Shown in pieces: positions 31,628 to 42,763 of a DNA stretch of 64,000 nt (its first letter is position 1; each line of letters begins with the position of its first letter). The translations under genes and the position numbers were made by a program. This stretch comes from Pirellula sp. (GTDB lineage: Bacteria; Planctomycetota; Planctomycetia; Pirellulales; Pirellulaceae). The DNA lies in NCBI GenBank assembly GCA_043744075.1, contig JAYTVL010000118.1:9191-73190 (forward strand), in the 5' to 3' direction. The notes beneath the pieces were generated by a model. That model saw only the letters and a list, made by a program, of their open reading frames with translations, did not search any database and was not told the origin of the DNA.

Positions 31628-32077
31628 TTAAGGACAGCCAAATTCGCGAATTGAACATGCTTTTCCAGTGCCGTCGCCATGGATAATGTGATCAAGTACG
31701 CTGATCCCCAGCAGTTTCCCAGCTTCTGTCAATCGGTCAGTAACCAAGTGATCTTCGCGACTCGGATCGGGATTGCCCGAGGGGTGATTGTGTGACAGTA
31801 TGATAGCGGACGAACCCTCGATGATTGCTGGCTTGAATACTTCTCGCGGATGGACAAGTGAAGCGTCAAGTGTGCCAATTGTCACGACAACCACGCATTG
31901 AACGCGATTCTTTGTATCGAGACATGCCACAACAAACCGCTCTTGATCATTTGCAGGATGTCTTGCCCAATATTGCTTGAAGAAGTATATCGCGTCGCCT
32001 GTGCTGCTCAAACATGGCCGACCCTCTAACGAACCTTCAAAGACAAGCGAAATGCGCTTTACTGATGAGTACTCCAT
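31628..32077 (-). CDS. radC: RadC/JAB domain protein
   Basis: QERF....LD.KN, GTLDASLVHPREVF, SHNHPSGNPDPSRED, LDHII. Confidence 0.95.
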   Translation of the reverse strand: MEYSSVKRISLVFEGSLEGRPCLSSTGDAIYFFKQYWARHPANDQERFVVACLDTKNRVQCVVVVTIGTLDASLVHPREVFKPAIIEGSSAIILSHNHPSGNPDPSREDHLVTDRLTEAGKLLGISVLDHIIHGDGTGKACSIREFGCP

Positions 32078-32214
32078 TTCATGTTCAATGCAACTGATGA
32101 TTGACTTGACGATTTCATTTTTCGGAGCGTCGTTATAGAGCTTGCTGGTTTCATGACCTACACTCGAACGAGTTTTTTGGGAAAAGAAAACCGATATGCA
32201 AAACCTTTATGTGC

Positions 32215-32260
32215 GCACTGCCGGTTACGGGTGAGGTCAATCCCAACCGTAACGGCATGC
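32215..32260 (-). promoter_or_regulatory. Hairpin with TTGAC in its loop upstream of radC
   Basis: Minus strand GCATGCCG-TTACGG...GGGATTGACCTCAC...CCGTAA-CCGGCAGTGC. Confidence 0.35.
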
Positions 32261-32579
32261 TTTTTCCGTCTGCTCAAAGTAGAGTGAACTTGGGCGTGAT
32301 GCAAAGAGCGAATGTTCAAACAAGGTTTTTTGGGCGATTCCGACTAGTCGCTGCGATTCAATAAGACTTGTCTAACCGCTGGAGTTGCAATGCGTTTGAA
32401 ATCCCGACGGAATTAGTAGCAGATGTTCGCCGTTTGCGCAAATTGTTTACATGAACGCAGCGTGAATTGTTGAGCTCCCTGCTTTTACTTTATGCTTGAT
32501 AAAGGACGTTATCATGCGCTATAAGGAGGCAGGGGAGTCGTCAGGCTCAGGGGCAATTCAAGCATAGGAGCAGTCAAGA

Positions 32580-32873
32580 ATGGAGAGACAAAGCGAGATT
32601 GGATTTACCGTACATGCAATTCGATTTCCGTCGTTGAACGAGGCTCAAGGCGTGATGCCTTGGGACCCAAATCAACTCGATATCTGGGCTGCGCAGTTCG
32701 GACGAGAAAAACAGGCCGTTCATGCGGCTCGATTCATTCTTGAACGCTGGAATCCCGGATTTGCGTGGGAGTGTGGAAAATTTGATCCGAAAGTCGCTCT
32801 CGAAAGCTGGGACAAAACCCATCGACGCGCCTTTCTTGAGTTGGCGACTCTTGAATTGTCGTACTCGGCATAG
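32580..32873 (+). CDS. Hypothetical protein upstream of integrase
   Basis: AGGAG RBS; WDP..LD.WA...HAARFIL..WNP...W..G.FD...AL..WD..HR.AF aromatic pattern. Confidence 0.7.
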   Translation: MERQSEIGFTVHAIRFPSLNEAQGVMPWDPNQLDIWAAQFGREKQAVHAARFILERWNPGFAWECGKFDPKVALESWDKTHRRAFLELATLELSYSA

Positions 32874-32884
32874 CGGCATTTAAG

Positions 32885-33859
32885 TTGACAGCGGAATTCG
32901 ATCCCTCTCGATTAAATTTACCGGCGATCCGAGATAGGATTTCCCCTATCGTTCAAGCAGCCGGAGATGCGGCTAAATTCGCCTGGGAAGAATTTTTTTA
33001 CGGTCGCATTCGAAGCGAGCATACTCGGCGAGCCTATCTTCGTGCTGTCAGCTACTTCCTGACGTGGTGCGAAAAGCAAGGCCTCGAACTCAGAACAATA
33101 AGCCCCGCTCACGTCGGTCTCTATATAGACAGCCTCATCCTTTCGACGGCAAGCAAGAAGCAAGTCCTCGCGGGACTTCGCCATTTCTTCGATGGTATGG
33201 TAACTCGCCATGCAATCGCTCTAAACCCTGCCCTTTCTGTTCGAACAGAACGATATTCAGTGGTTGAGGGCAAGACTCCCGAGATCACAGTCAAACAGGC
33301 TCGCAAACTTCTTCAATCAATCGACACTAACGACGTTATCGGGCTTCGAGATAAGTGCACTATCGCAATCCTAATCTACACCGCAGCTCGAATCGGGGCC
33401 GTATCCAAACTCAAAGTCAAAGACCTCTATGACTCGGGCGACCAGTACTGCCTTCACTTTTTAGATAAGGGCGGTAAGTCGCGCGAGATCCCTGTGAGGC
33501 ACGATTTGCAAACGCTCTTGTTCGAGTACTTGCGATCAGCAGACATGCTGCTTGGATTTGATAATGATCGCCCACTCTTTACCACGACCATACGGAAGAC
33601 CAAGGAGCTTACGCTTCGCAGGATGAAGGAAAACGATATCGGCCGTATGGTCAAGCGTCGAATGAAAGCCGCAAATCTTCCCGGACGATTATCCCCGCAT
33701 TCGTTTAGAGTCGCTACAATCACCGACCTACTTGGACAAGGAGTTCCACTTGAGGATGTGCAGCAGCTCGCCGGTCACGCTGATCCTAGGACTACGCGGC
33801 TTTACGATCGCCGTCAAAAGAAAATTACTAGAAACATCGTTGAGCGAATTTCAATCTAA
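32885..33859 (+). CDS. Tyrosine recombinase/integrase (XerC/D-like)
   Basis: N-terminal SAM-like domain (HTRRAYLRAV..F..W); catalytic R (YTAARIGAV), K (DKGGK), HSFR, GHAD..TT..Y. Confidence 0.95.
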   Translation: MTAEFDPSRLNLPAIRDRISPIVQAAGDAAKFAWEEFFYGRIRSEHTRRAYLRAVSYFLTWCEKQGLELRTISPAHVGLYIDSLILSTASKKQVLAGLRHFFDGMVTRHAIALNPALSVRTERYSVVEGKTPEITVKQARKLLQSIDTNDVIGLRDKCTIAILIYTAARIGAVSKLKVKDLYDSGDQYCLHFLDKGGKSREIPVRHDLQTLLFEYLRSADMLLGFDNDRPLFTTTIRKTKELTLRRMKENDIGRMVKRRMKAANLPGRLSPHSFRVATITDLLGQGVPLEDVQQLAGHADPRTTRLYDRRQKKITRNIVERISI

Positions 33860-33929
33860 GCGGATGATCTGACTAGCTTATCGCCGTAATCCGCTAGACG
33901 AGCCCGAGCCGATCTAGGAACATGCTCGC

Positions 33930-34210
33930 CTATCGGATGCGCATCCAAGCCCTAGTTGATATCGGTAGCCTCGGTTGTCGCAAGCGGCGGCGACGCCACC
34001 GCGAGGGAGGCGAACTTCTTCTTCGGGTTCACTGCTCCTTTCGAGCAATCCTTTGGCGACAGCGTCACGCCCCCATCCAAATCGTTCTTCCGTCTTTCGT
34101 GCGCTGCCGTCGCAGAGCTTTTCGCAAACTGCTGCGATGAAGATTCTCTTCTGACGTCCGTTAACTTGCTTCGCCGCCAAAACTAGCAACTCGTCGACCG
34201 TTCCATCCAT
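33930..34210 (-). mobile_element. Degenerate ISAzo13-family transposase N-terminal remnant
   Basis: GRQKRIFIAAVCEKLC.GSARKTEERFGWGRDAVAKGL resembles the ISAzo13 HTH region; frameshifted afterwards, no DDE domain. Confidence 0.55.
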
Positions 34211-34364
34211 GGGAAAAATCCTCCTTGAGAAATTGATTCGGAATGAATCCAGCCTGACGTATACTGGCTTTTTCACAAAGAGCAATATCCATCGATTCTC
34301 GACGAAAACATCGCCAAAGTGGACTACTCGGGGGCGTTGCCACCGGTCATGCACACGTCTGCGT

Positions 34365-34453
34365 TCGTACTCGTACTCAGCGAAGCGGTACTCGTGCTCG
34401 ATCGCTTGTTTTCGAGTACGAGTACCATCGAAAGCGATTGAGTACAAGTACGA
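34365..34453. repeat. Planctomycete REP-like GTACTC repeat/palindrome
   Basis: TCGTACTCGTACTCAGCGAAGCGGTACTCGTGCTCGA...TCGAGTACGAGTAC; a 14-bp imperfect hairpin plus tandem GTACTC units. Confidence 0.7.
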
Positions 34454-34610
34454 AAGTTCTTCAATCGAACTCCACTTTTCAGGTAATTTTCAGGCCGCCG
34501 CTCGCCTTATAGGGCCATTTGCCACGTATTTTGCTTGATTTGGCCATTAAAGAGCAATAAGATGTCAACGAGTTGCCTTATGTTCCAAAATAATGTTGAC
34601 GAAATAGTTC

Positions 34611-36323
34611 GTGCTTAATACGGTACTGAATCTGGATTCACATATGTCCCCAGTCGAGCGCATCAGCACAGGAGTGATTCTCTTCATTGGGCTACTCTTT
34701 TTCGTGCAACTCGCTTGGAAGCGCCGGACAGAAAGTTTCAAAGTTCGTAATTTCTTTCTTGGTGGCGGCAGCGTCGGGCCTGAACTTACCGAACAGAGCT
34801 CGATCGGATTGACTTTTGCTTGGATGGGCGGGACATGGTTCTTCACGATACTTGCATATCAGAACGGCCCTTGGGTCACGCTGCTTCAGTTGCCGTGGTG
34901 TTTTTCGATCATTCTCCTCGCACTTCTTTTTCGCCGCATCAAATCGGTTATCGGACTAAACACTATCCATGGCTACTTGGGATACGCATATTCTCCGAGG
35001 ACTCAAGTTGTTGCCGCAATCGCGACCACGATCGGCTACTTGATCAATACCGGCTTCGAAGTGTTTTGGTCTTCGTTGATGCTCGCGCACTGTCTTGGTG
35101 CTCCTGGACTGGCATTACAGTTTGCGGCAGTGCTTGTAATGGTTTGTGCAATCTACTGCATGATCGGTGGGTACGTTGCAAACGCAACAACTGACAAACC
35201 CCAAAACGTCGTCGGAGTCATCTCCCTTGCAATATTGATTACTTTCGTTGTTTGGGATCTTTCGCTGCCTAACTCGCTACTTTGGGCGTGCGGCATATTC
35301 GTGGCTGGTGCCGTCGCTTACTCAGTATTTTCCTATCTCACTCCACATCTTAGCAATCGCCATTCCAATCGAATACAATCGATCGTTGCCGTCCTTTACG
35401 CCCTAGTCGCAATAGCAGTAACTATCTTCCTCGTTCTTAGCGACAACAGCTTAACCACCGCATCGTCTCAATCAGAGATCGCAAACCTTCACAACACGAT
35501 GTTGCCCTTACCGCTGATAGTCGGCATCTTGAGTTTTCAGCTTATTTTTAACGCGATCGACATGGCGAACTGGCAGCAAGTTGCAGCGAACTCGATGATT
35601 TCAGACAGCACGATCCCCGCCGTCAGATGGGCGATTATCCGATCCGCTATGTACCTTCTATGGTTTCCGGCGCTGGGCGGTGTACTCCTTGGCTGCGCCC
35701 TCCGATTTGCCGACTTACAGGTGCAAAACGAAACAATTTTTGCAATCGCATTTACGCATGTACTACCGGATTATCCAGGGATTATGCGAGGAATACTCTT
35801 AGGGGTTATTACACTGGGTTTTATATCGACGACATTATCAACCGCTGACAGCTACCTTATGTCTGCAGCCCAGACATTGGCAACCGACATTGTGTTTCGT
35901 CGCGAGTATGGCGCAATCTTGAAGTATGGTGATGAACAAGCTGAACGCGATTTTGTAATGAAGTGTCGTAATTTACTCATCCCGATCGGCATAATTGCAG
36001 TTGCTCTCGCGTATTCGTTATGGCGACTCTATCCGCAGAATCCTTTGGACTTTCAGGCATTAATGTATGCGTGGGCCTTGACGCTGACGGCACCTGTATT
36101 ATTGGCTCTTTTAGTTCCGGGATGGTCTCGCGGGCGATCAGCACACGCATTTTACGCAATCCTCCTTAGTCTATTACTTGTCTCCGCAATGTTTTTTATT
36201 TCAGTTTTCGGCCTTCGTGCCGACTCGGAACTGCGGACTTGGACCATTAATTTGTTGCCGATAACTTCGATCTTCGTTCCATTCGTTATCATGATGCTTC
36301 CGCGGAGGTCTGCAAATGTTTGA
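34611..36323 (+). CDS. Sodium:solute symporter (SSS)-like transporter
   Basis: About 14-15 TMs; FFLGG near the N-terminus, GGY.A...TD, STADSYL motif. Confidence 0.7.
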   Translation: MLNTVLNLDSHMSPVERISTGVILFIGLLFFVQLAWKRRTESFKVRNFFLGGGSVGPELTEQSSIGLTFAWMGGTWFFTILAYQNGPWVTLLQLPWCFSIILLALLFRRIKSVIGLNTIHGYLGYAYSPRTQVVAAIATTIGYLINTGFEVFWSSLMLAHCLGAPGLALQFAAVLVMVCAIYCMIGGYVANATTDKPQNVVGVISLAILITFVVWDLSLPNSLLWACGIFVAGAVAYSVFSYLTPHLSNRHSNRIQSIVAVLYALVAIAVTIFLVLSDNSLTTASSQSEIANLHNTMLPLPLIVGILSFQLIFNAIDMANWQQVAANSMISDSTIPAVRWAIIRSAMYLLWFPALGGVLLGCALRFADLQVQNETIFAIAFTHVLPDYPGIMRGILLGVITLGFISTTLSTADSYLMSAAQTLATDIVFRREYGAILKYGDEQAERDFVMKCRNLLIPIGIIAVALAYSLWRLYPQNPLDFQALMYAWALTLTAPVLLALLVPGWSRGRSAHAFYAILLSLLLVSAMFFISVFGLRADSELRTWTINLLPITSIFVPFVIMMLPRRSANV

Positions 36324-36966
36324 AGCGGTTCACACGAGCGCTATGTGGCGAATTGTAACATCGTGGACCGCCGTTTTCTTTATGCTGCAAATCTTGACGG
36401 TTACTGCGTGCTGGGTTCTGATTGAGATTCCGATGTATTGTGTCTATGGTGTTTACGCGTTGACGGTTCTTTGGATCAACCTATTTCGATGGCCGTCCGA
36501 TCAATGGCTCTGTATTGCAATACCGCAAACGGTTCATGACGGGCTTTGCGGTCAACGATTCGATGGCTCACGTTTCACGATATTTCGGGACCTTCACGAC
36601 TCAAAAAAGGCTGATGCCCTGTTTACGACTCATGGACGAACGACGGACACAAGAGACTTGGCTCATCATATTCATGAAGCGTTCTTTGTAAAGGCTGTGG
36701 TCTATAACTTGCTGGTGTTTGCAATTGCAGTTTCAACCGCTGTGGCAACTGAAGGAACTGAGCATCATCAGCTTACTTCATCAGATTGGTTTAAGGCTGT
36801 GCTTTTGTTCGTTGTGCTGATTATGGGATTGCTGTGGGATGCAGCTATCTGTTTTTACCAGCGTACACTCAATGAGCGCTGCCATAGGTATTTGGTATTG
36901 ACTGTGGAGTCGCGCGAACAAAGCATTGGACACGGAACGGCGGACAACGCGGTTTCAAATGGATAG
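36316..36966 (+). CDS. Hypothetical 4-TM membrane protein
   Basis: Overlaps the symporter stop; two TM pairs flank a His-containing loop. Confidence 0.65.
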   Translation: MFEAVHTSAMWRIVTSWTAVFFMLQILTVTACWVLIEIPMYCVYGVYALTVLWINLFRWPSDQWLCIAIPQTVHDGLCGQRFDGSRFTIFRDLHDSKKADALFTTHGRTTDTRDLAHHIHEAFFVKAVVYNLLVFAIAVSTAVATEGTEHHQLTSSDWFKAVLLFVVLIMGLLWDAAICFYQRTLNERCHRYLVLTVESREQSIGHGTADNAVSNG

Positions 36967-37686
36967 TTCGGTGGCCGCCACAAAAAGCACGATTTGGCTG
37001 GGCTTCGGCATTCTTTCCATGGCATGGTAACGCAGCACGCTATCGGTCTGAACCCTTCCCTATCGGTTCGAACGGAACGATACTCAGTCATCGAAGGCAA
37101 GACGCCGGAGATCACTGTCAAGCAAGCTCGCAAACTCCTTCAATCAATCGACACTAACGACGTTATAGGGCTTCGAGATAAGTGCACTATCGCAATCCTA
37201 ATCTACACCGCAGCTCGCATCGGAGCCGTATCGAAGCTCAAGGTCAAAGACCTTTACGATTCTGGCGACCAATACTGCCTCCACTTTTTGTATAAGGGCG
37301 GTAAATCACGAGAGATCCCGGTTAGGCACGATTTACAATTGTTTTTGTTCGAGTACATGCGATCCGCGAACACTCTACTCGGTCACGATAATGACCGACC
37401 ACTCTTTACCACGACCATTCGGAAAACCAAATCGCTTACGCTTCGACGAATGAAGGGAAACGATATCGGGCGGATGGTAAAGCGTCGGATGAAGGCCACA
37501 GGGCTTCCAGAACGTTTATCCCCCCATTCGTTTAGAGTTGCTACAATCACCGATCTACTTGGTCAAGGCGTTCCCCTCGAGGATGTGCAGCAGCTCGCAG
37601 GCCACGCCGATCCGAGAACAACAAGGTTATACGACCGACGGCAGAAAAAAGTGACTCGGAATATAGTGGAGCGGATTTCGATTTGA
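36967..37686 (+). pseudogene. 5'-truncated second copy of the tyrosine recombinase
   Basis: Nearly the same protein as residues about 95-324 of 32885..33859. Homology starts right after the cargo stop at 36966, with a frameshift near 36982; N-terminal domain absent. Confidence 0.85.
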
Positions 37687-38094
37687 CGGGATTATTGAAG
37701 ACTCAAAAGGTCTGCACAACGCACAAATTGCGAGTATTTACAAATTCCTGTATCACAGGACTTGGCATTACTAAATTGAAGGGTAACGGCAGTAGTCTGT
37801 CGAAACTCCCAAATCGTAAACAAGTGATTGAGCGGCATGAAAATAGAAATTTCCGAAATCCAAGCGATTTTCCGACTAAAGTCGAAGGGCATTTCAACGA
37901 CATGATTGCAAAACTTGCAGCAGATATTGAGATCTCGCAACTGACTGCAACTGGAGCGACTCAATGAGCCACACGAAAACTACGCTAGCCCTATTTCTTC
38001 CTGGCCAATTGTCAAGACACTGTCTAGGCAATCCACAGCAAAGAAGTAACTGCCGCCACAAAACACAAACCAATAACCACAAAACACAGCCATC

Positions 38095-38934
38095 ATGAAA
38101 AAAGAAGTCATCGTTTCACTTATAACAACCTTCGAAGGCCATGCGCAACAGACCGACAGCGGAATTGAATACTGGCTAGCTCGGGATTTGCAGCATCTGT
38201 TGGGTTATTCGAAATGGGACAACTTCATCAACGTGATTTCCAAGGCAAAAACTGCTTGCGAAGTTTCTGGACACGTCATCGCAGACCATTTTGCTGACGT
38301 CGGGAAAATGGTCGATTTGGGGTCGGGGAGCCAGCGTGAAGTCGAAGATATGATGCTTACCCGCTACGCTTGCTATCTCGTCGCTCAAAACGGAGATCCA
38401 AATAAACAAGAGATCGCATTCGCCCAAACCTATTTTGCAATCCAGGCTCGTCGAGCCGAATTGATCGAACAACGATTGCTGGAAGCGGAGCGAATTTCGG
38501 CACGCAGGAAACTCACGGAAACGGAAAAAGAACTGTCATTAGTCATCTTTGAACAAACTGGTGGCATTCAAGACTTCGCGTTGATTCGAAGTAAAGGCGA
38601 CCAAGCACTTTTCGGCAAGAGCACACAGGCTATGAAGGCACAATGGAAAGTCCCCGATTGTCGACCATTGGCTGACTTTGCACCGACCATCATTCTCAAA
38701 GCTAAAGATTTCGCAACCGAGATCACAATTTTCAATACTCGCGACCACAACATAGCAAGTGAAAGAGCGATTTCAGCGGAACACATTACTAACAACGATG
38801 CGGTTCGCAGGACTCTGCTTGAGCGTGGTATTCGCCCAGAAAGTTTACCTCCCGCCGAGGATTTGAAGAAAGTCGAACGACGGCTTACGTCCGACGAAAA
38901 GAAGTCATTGAAGAATCCCGAGTCTCTGGAATAG
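38095..38934 (+). CDS. dinD: DNA damage-inducible protein D
   Basis: EYWLARDLQHLLGYSKWDNF, LTRYACYLVAQNGDP.K..IAFAQTYFA.Q.R, DFAPTIILKAKDFATEIT, PESLPPAEDLKKVERRL. Confidence 0.92.
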   Translation: MKKEVIVSLITTFEGHAQQTDSGIEYWLARDLQHLLGYSKWDNFINVISKAKTACEVSGHVIADHFADVGKMVDLGSGSQREVEDMMLTRYACYLVAQNGDPNKQEIAFAQTYFAIQARRAELIEQRLLEAERISARRKLTETEKELSLVIFEQTGGIQDFALIRSKGDQALFGKSTQAMKAQWKVPDCRPLADFAPTIILKAKDFATEITIFNTRDHNIASERAISAEHITNNDAVRRTLLERGIRPESLPPAEDLKKVERRLTSDEKKSLKNPESLE

Positions 38935-39663
38935 TGGTTGATGGCTAATGATAAACATTGTCAACACCGTCGACAAAATTGCAATCCCTCTGAACGGGCG
39001 TTGAGGGGATGAAAATGCATCGCGGAAGAATATCCCAGCTGCTGAATACCAATCCGTTATTCAATGTTTAATACCAAGGAGTATTTGGATTTGAGAGCTC
39101 TTTAAAAGCGAACCCTTGCACCCTTTTAGAAACTTGATGCTCAGGTCATCTTCCGGAACGTTGGTTCATAGGAAATACAACCCACATGCCCGCCTTCCCA
39201 GAATGGAATGTTGGCGCTTTCGTACCGGCACGGAATGCTTTCTGAGCAAATCTTCGTTAGACCAACGGTCCGATAGTTCTAAATCGGCGTGCCGCTGCTG
39301 TAGTTTTAGTCGCCGCCTACTCCCGAAATGGAAGCCATTCGAGGCGAATGGTCGGTGCGGCAGAGTGACACGGCATATCGTTGAATGCATTTCGATTTAG
39401 CAATTGTTGCAGTTACTTACGCTTGTATATCCAACTATCGCATGTCGCTTTTTTGACTTTCTGCTCGCATAAGGCGCTAGCCATCAACAGAGACAATTCA
39501 TAACACCACTCCAACGATTCTAGGAGGATAGAGGGAATCTGCTCTGGCCAATATAATGCTAGACGACGATTTAGCGGAAGTTGATTGCTCACAGCGGCGA
39601 TCGGTGCTAAGTATTCAGCAAGCTAGGGAAACTTCCCAAGTTTGGTTTTGAAACGTAACTTGA

Positions 39664-41232
39664 TTGGGATGGACCTTGAACGGAACAACGACGGACCTTG
39701 CTGAATTTGCTGCCAGGCAACAGGCGCATTTTGACCGAACAATCTCCGCTTCTGAGCGAAAGCTTCAAGGACATTTCGGTACTTCGCCTTCCATTGCGAA
39801 GTTCATGGCCGAAATGTTCTCGGAAAACCGCAGTGATTCCATTCGCATTCTCGATCCAGGAGCTGGAGTTGGAATCCTTTCTGCAATTTTATGCCAAACG
39901 ATTTGCCATAATCGTGCAAATCGAAAGATCTACGTTGAACTCTGGGAAAACGACAAAAAACTCATTCCGTTACTTAAGAGCACCATGGATCGGTGCCAAA
40001 GTGCACTCGGAGAACTCGGACATCAACTCACATTCGATGTTTGTGCCGAAGACTTTATTTTGGCCAACACGCAGACGTCGCTTTTCTCCGATGGGCCTCA
40101 GCCATCGTTCCACATGGCGATTACCAATCCTCCTTATTTTAAGTTGCGAAAGGATTCTCAACACGCGAGAGTTATGTCTCACGTAGTTCATGGCCAACCG
40201 AACATCTACACGCTCTTCATGGCGTTGGCGACCGACTTCCTACTCCCGAACGGTGAGATGGTCGCGATAACACCCCGGAGCTATTTCAACGGGCCGTATT
40301 TCAAGCGTTTTCGAATCTGGTTTTTTGATCGTGCTGTTCCTAGGAAAATTCACGTTTTCGAAACAAGAAACGATGCCTTTAGAAAGGACTCGGTTCTCCA
40401 AGAAAATGTAATCATGCTCGTTGAGAAAGGTGGAAAACCGAAGGTAATTGAACTTTCAAGTAGTTCTGGTACTGACTTCAAGTCCATTAAGACACAGACT
40501 TCGCCGTTCGAACAAATCATCGATTCCATTTCTGGCGACAAAATCGTTCGCGTTGCGTCCGACCCATTCGAGACTTTGATTTTAGAGGCAATGGATTCGT
40601 TCCCACAACGATTTAGGCAACTTGGGTATGAAGTCTCAACCGGTCCAGTCGTTACATTTCGTTCAACCGAGTTTCTACGAGACTCGAAGTCATCCGATAC
40701 TGTACCGCTGCTTTGGATGCACAATGTCCGCCCGTTTATTACTCAGTTTCCCAAGGCGAACGGAAAACCCACCCACATACAAGTAACCGAGAAATCAAAA
40801 AAACTTTTGATAAGTGCAAAGACATACGTCCTTTTGAAACGCTTCACGGCGAAGGAAGAAAGCAAGAGGTTGGTTGCGGGGATATTTCGCGCCGGAGATT
40901 CTTATGGAGACTTGGTCGGTATTGAAAACCACGTCAATTATGTCTATCGCAAAGGCGCAATTCTCCACCTTTCAGAAGCTTTTGGATTGGCTGCGTTCTT
41001 TAACTCCTCATTTGTTGATCGGTACTTTCGTTCGATTAGTGGGAATACCCAAGTAAATGCAACTGAACTTCGAGAGCTGCCCATCCCGACTGTTCAACGA
41101 ATTCAAGACATTGGCGAGCAGGTTCAAAGATTAGGAAGCTTCGAACCACGTGCAATTGAAATGATTGTTGGCAAGTGCCTTGGTCTTCCAAAGCAATTAC
41201 TTGAACGACTTCTAGAGGATGCAAATGGGTAA
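39664..41232 (+). CDS. N6-adenine DNA methyltransferase, BsuBI/PstI (Eco57I-like) type
   Basis: GHFGT, ILDPGAGVG (SAM), ITNPPY (motif IV), C-terminal LKRFTAKEE..RL, ENHVN, SGNTQVNATEL. Confidence 0.93.
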   Translation: MGWTLNGTTTDLAEFAARQQAHFDRTISASERKLQGHFGTSPSIAKFMAEMFSENRSDSIRILDPGAGVGILSAILCQTICHNRANRKIYVELWENDKKLIPLLKSTMDRCQSALGELGHQLTFDVCAEDFILANTQTSLFSDGPQPSFHMAITNPPYFKLRKDSQHARVMSHVVHGQPNIYTLFMALATDFLLPNGEMVAITPRSYFNGPYFKRFRIWFFDRAVPRKIHVFETRNDAFRKDSVLQENVIMLVEKGGKPKVIELSSSSGTDFKSIKTQTSPFEQIIDSISGDKIVRVASDPFETLILEAMDSFPQRFRQLGYEVSTGPVVTFRSTEFLRDSKSSDTVPLLWMHNVRPFITQFPKANGKPTHIQVTEKSKKLLISAKTYVLLKRFTAKEESKRLVAGIFRAGDSYGDLVGIENHVNYVYRKGAILHLSEAFGLAAFFNSSFVDRYFRSISGNTQVNATELRELPIPTVQRIQDIGEQVQRLGSFEPRAIEMIVGKCLGLPKQLLERLLEDANG

Positions 41233-42172
41233 GCGAGAGGAATCACTCGAGATTTTGAAGGCACTCGGGTTACCAAAACAACAACAAAACGCAAGGTCGT
41301 GCTTAACACTTTTGGCACTAGCAGGACTTAAGGAAGACGACAAATGGCTTAGCGTCGATCGCCCATTGCTACGCATCTGGGATATTATGTCTTGGATGCG
41401 TAATCAATTCTCAAAAGACTACGCTGCAAACAGTAGGGAGACGATTCGTAGACAAACGATTCATCAATTTGAGCAAGCAAGGATCGTTGATCGCAATCCC
41501 GACGATCCATCAAGACCCACTAACAGTGGAGATACGGTTTATCAATTGACTGCATCGGCGGCAATAGTCCTAAAAGCGTTTGGCAAGAAAGGGTTTTCAA
41601 AGCGTTGTGAACATTTCATTCAAGAACATGGGATGTTGTCCGCAAAATACAACCGTTCCAGGCAGTTGCTAAAAGTGCCTGTCACCCTGCCAAATGGAAA
41701 ACAAGTTGAGCTCTCCCCTGGGAAGCACAATGAACTGCAACGACAAATCGTCGAGGATTTTTCGCCGAGATTTGCTCCGGGTGCGATGGTGCTTTATTTG
41801 GGGGACACTGCTGAAAAGCGACTAGTGATCGATTCTGCAAAACTGGAGGCGTTGCATATCCCAGAAATGAATCACGACAAACTTCCAGACGTCGTACTGC
41901 TGGACGAAAAGAGGAACTGGATTTTTTTGATTGAAGCTGTTACCACGCACGGACCCGTTTCTCCAAAACGTCACGCAGAACTTGAATCGTCCCTTTCCAA
42001 CTGCAGTGCAGGACGGGTTTACGTTACGGCGTTTAGAGAATTCGCCGCCTTCAAGAAATATGCGTCTGAAATAGTGTGGGAATCGGAGGTCTGGATTGCG
42101 GACTTTCCCGACCACATGATTCATTTCAACGGCGATAATTTTATTGGTCCATACCCCACAAGAAAAAACTAA
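41219..42172 (+). CDS. BsuBI/PstI family type II restriction endonuclease
   Basis: LG.PKQQQN.RS.LTLLALA, YAANSRETIRRQT.HQF, LSPGKHN.LQ, KLPDVVL, LIEAVTTHGP; overlaps the MTase stop. Confidence 0.93.
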   Translation: MQMGKREESLEILKALGLPKQQQNARSCLTLLALAGLKEDDKWLSVDRPLLRIWDIMSWMRNQFSKDYAANSRETIRRQTIHQFEQARIVDRNPDDPSRPTNSGDTVYQLTASAAIVLKAFGKKGFSKRCEHFIQEHGMLSAKYNRSRQLLKVPVTLPNGKQVELSPGKHNELQRQIVEDFSPRFAPGAMVLYLGDTAEKRLVIDSAKLEALHIPEMNHDKLPDVVLLDEKRNWIFLIEAVTTHGPVSPKRHAELESSLSNCSAGRVYVTAFREFAAFKKYASEIVWESEVWIADFPDHMIHFNGDNFIGPYPTRKN

Positions 42173-42763
42173 CCGCCAGAACGCTACTCCCCTAATTGTC
42201 AGTTAGGCTTCATGACCTGGGCCGTCAATGGTACCTCTTCTTTTTTGCCATACCTGTTCATCTTGGATAAGCCGAGTATCTCTTCAACGAGAATTCTTAG
42301 GTCGGATTGCCCACAGTGCCGCTTCTACAGTAGTGGTGCCGGAATACGCCGATTACCTTGCAAATAGCGATAACTACTTCCGATTGCGGACGTGACACTA
42401 TGAACCCACATCAGTGCAAAAAAACCCTCCAAACGGACAACACGGCTGCGTCTAACTGGGTAGTTATCTTCTTGTAGATTGCCTTTACTATCCACACGGG
42501 ATGCCATGTAGCGCAAAGTGTCATCAATGACGACATCTCAATATCTAGCAATCTAGAGAAATAGCGAGCAAGCGGGATTGGACCGTGTTTTTTTTCGGCC
42601 TGCTGATTTGAATCGACCGGGATTTCGTGATATGACACCAAGGGCCATTTCGTTCTCTATCAATCTGAATAACAGTTTTGAGATACTTCAACTGGTCATA
42701 ACCCCATGGCTGGTCGCCAATCTAGGTTTTTTACTTCTTCCCTCTGTCATCTTGGAGCACATC

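Noticed and set aside
37683-37967. ORF following the truncated integrase
   Set aside because: No RBS or motif, equally long antisense ORFs; not supportable.
42166-42209. attC-like site after the restriction endonuclease (CTAAC...GTTAGGC)
   Set aside because: About 44 bp is too short, L boxes are not evident, it is a single copy, and there is no integron integrase motif.
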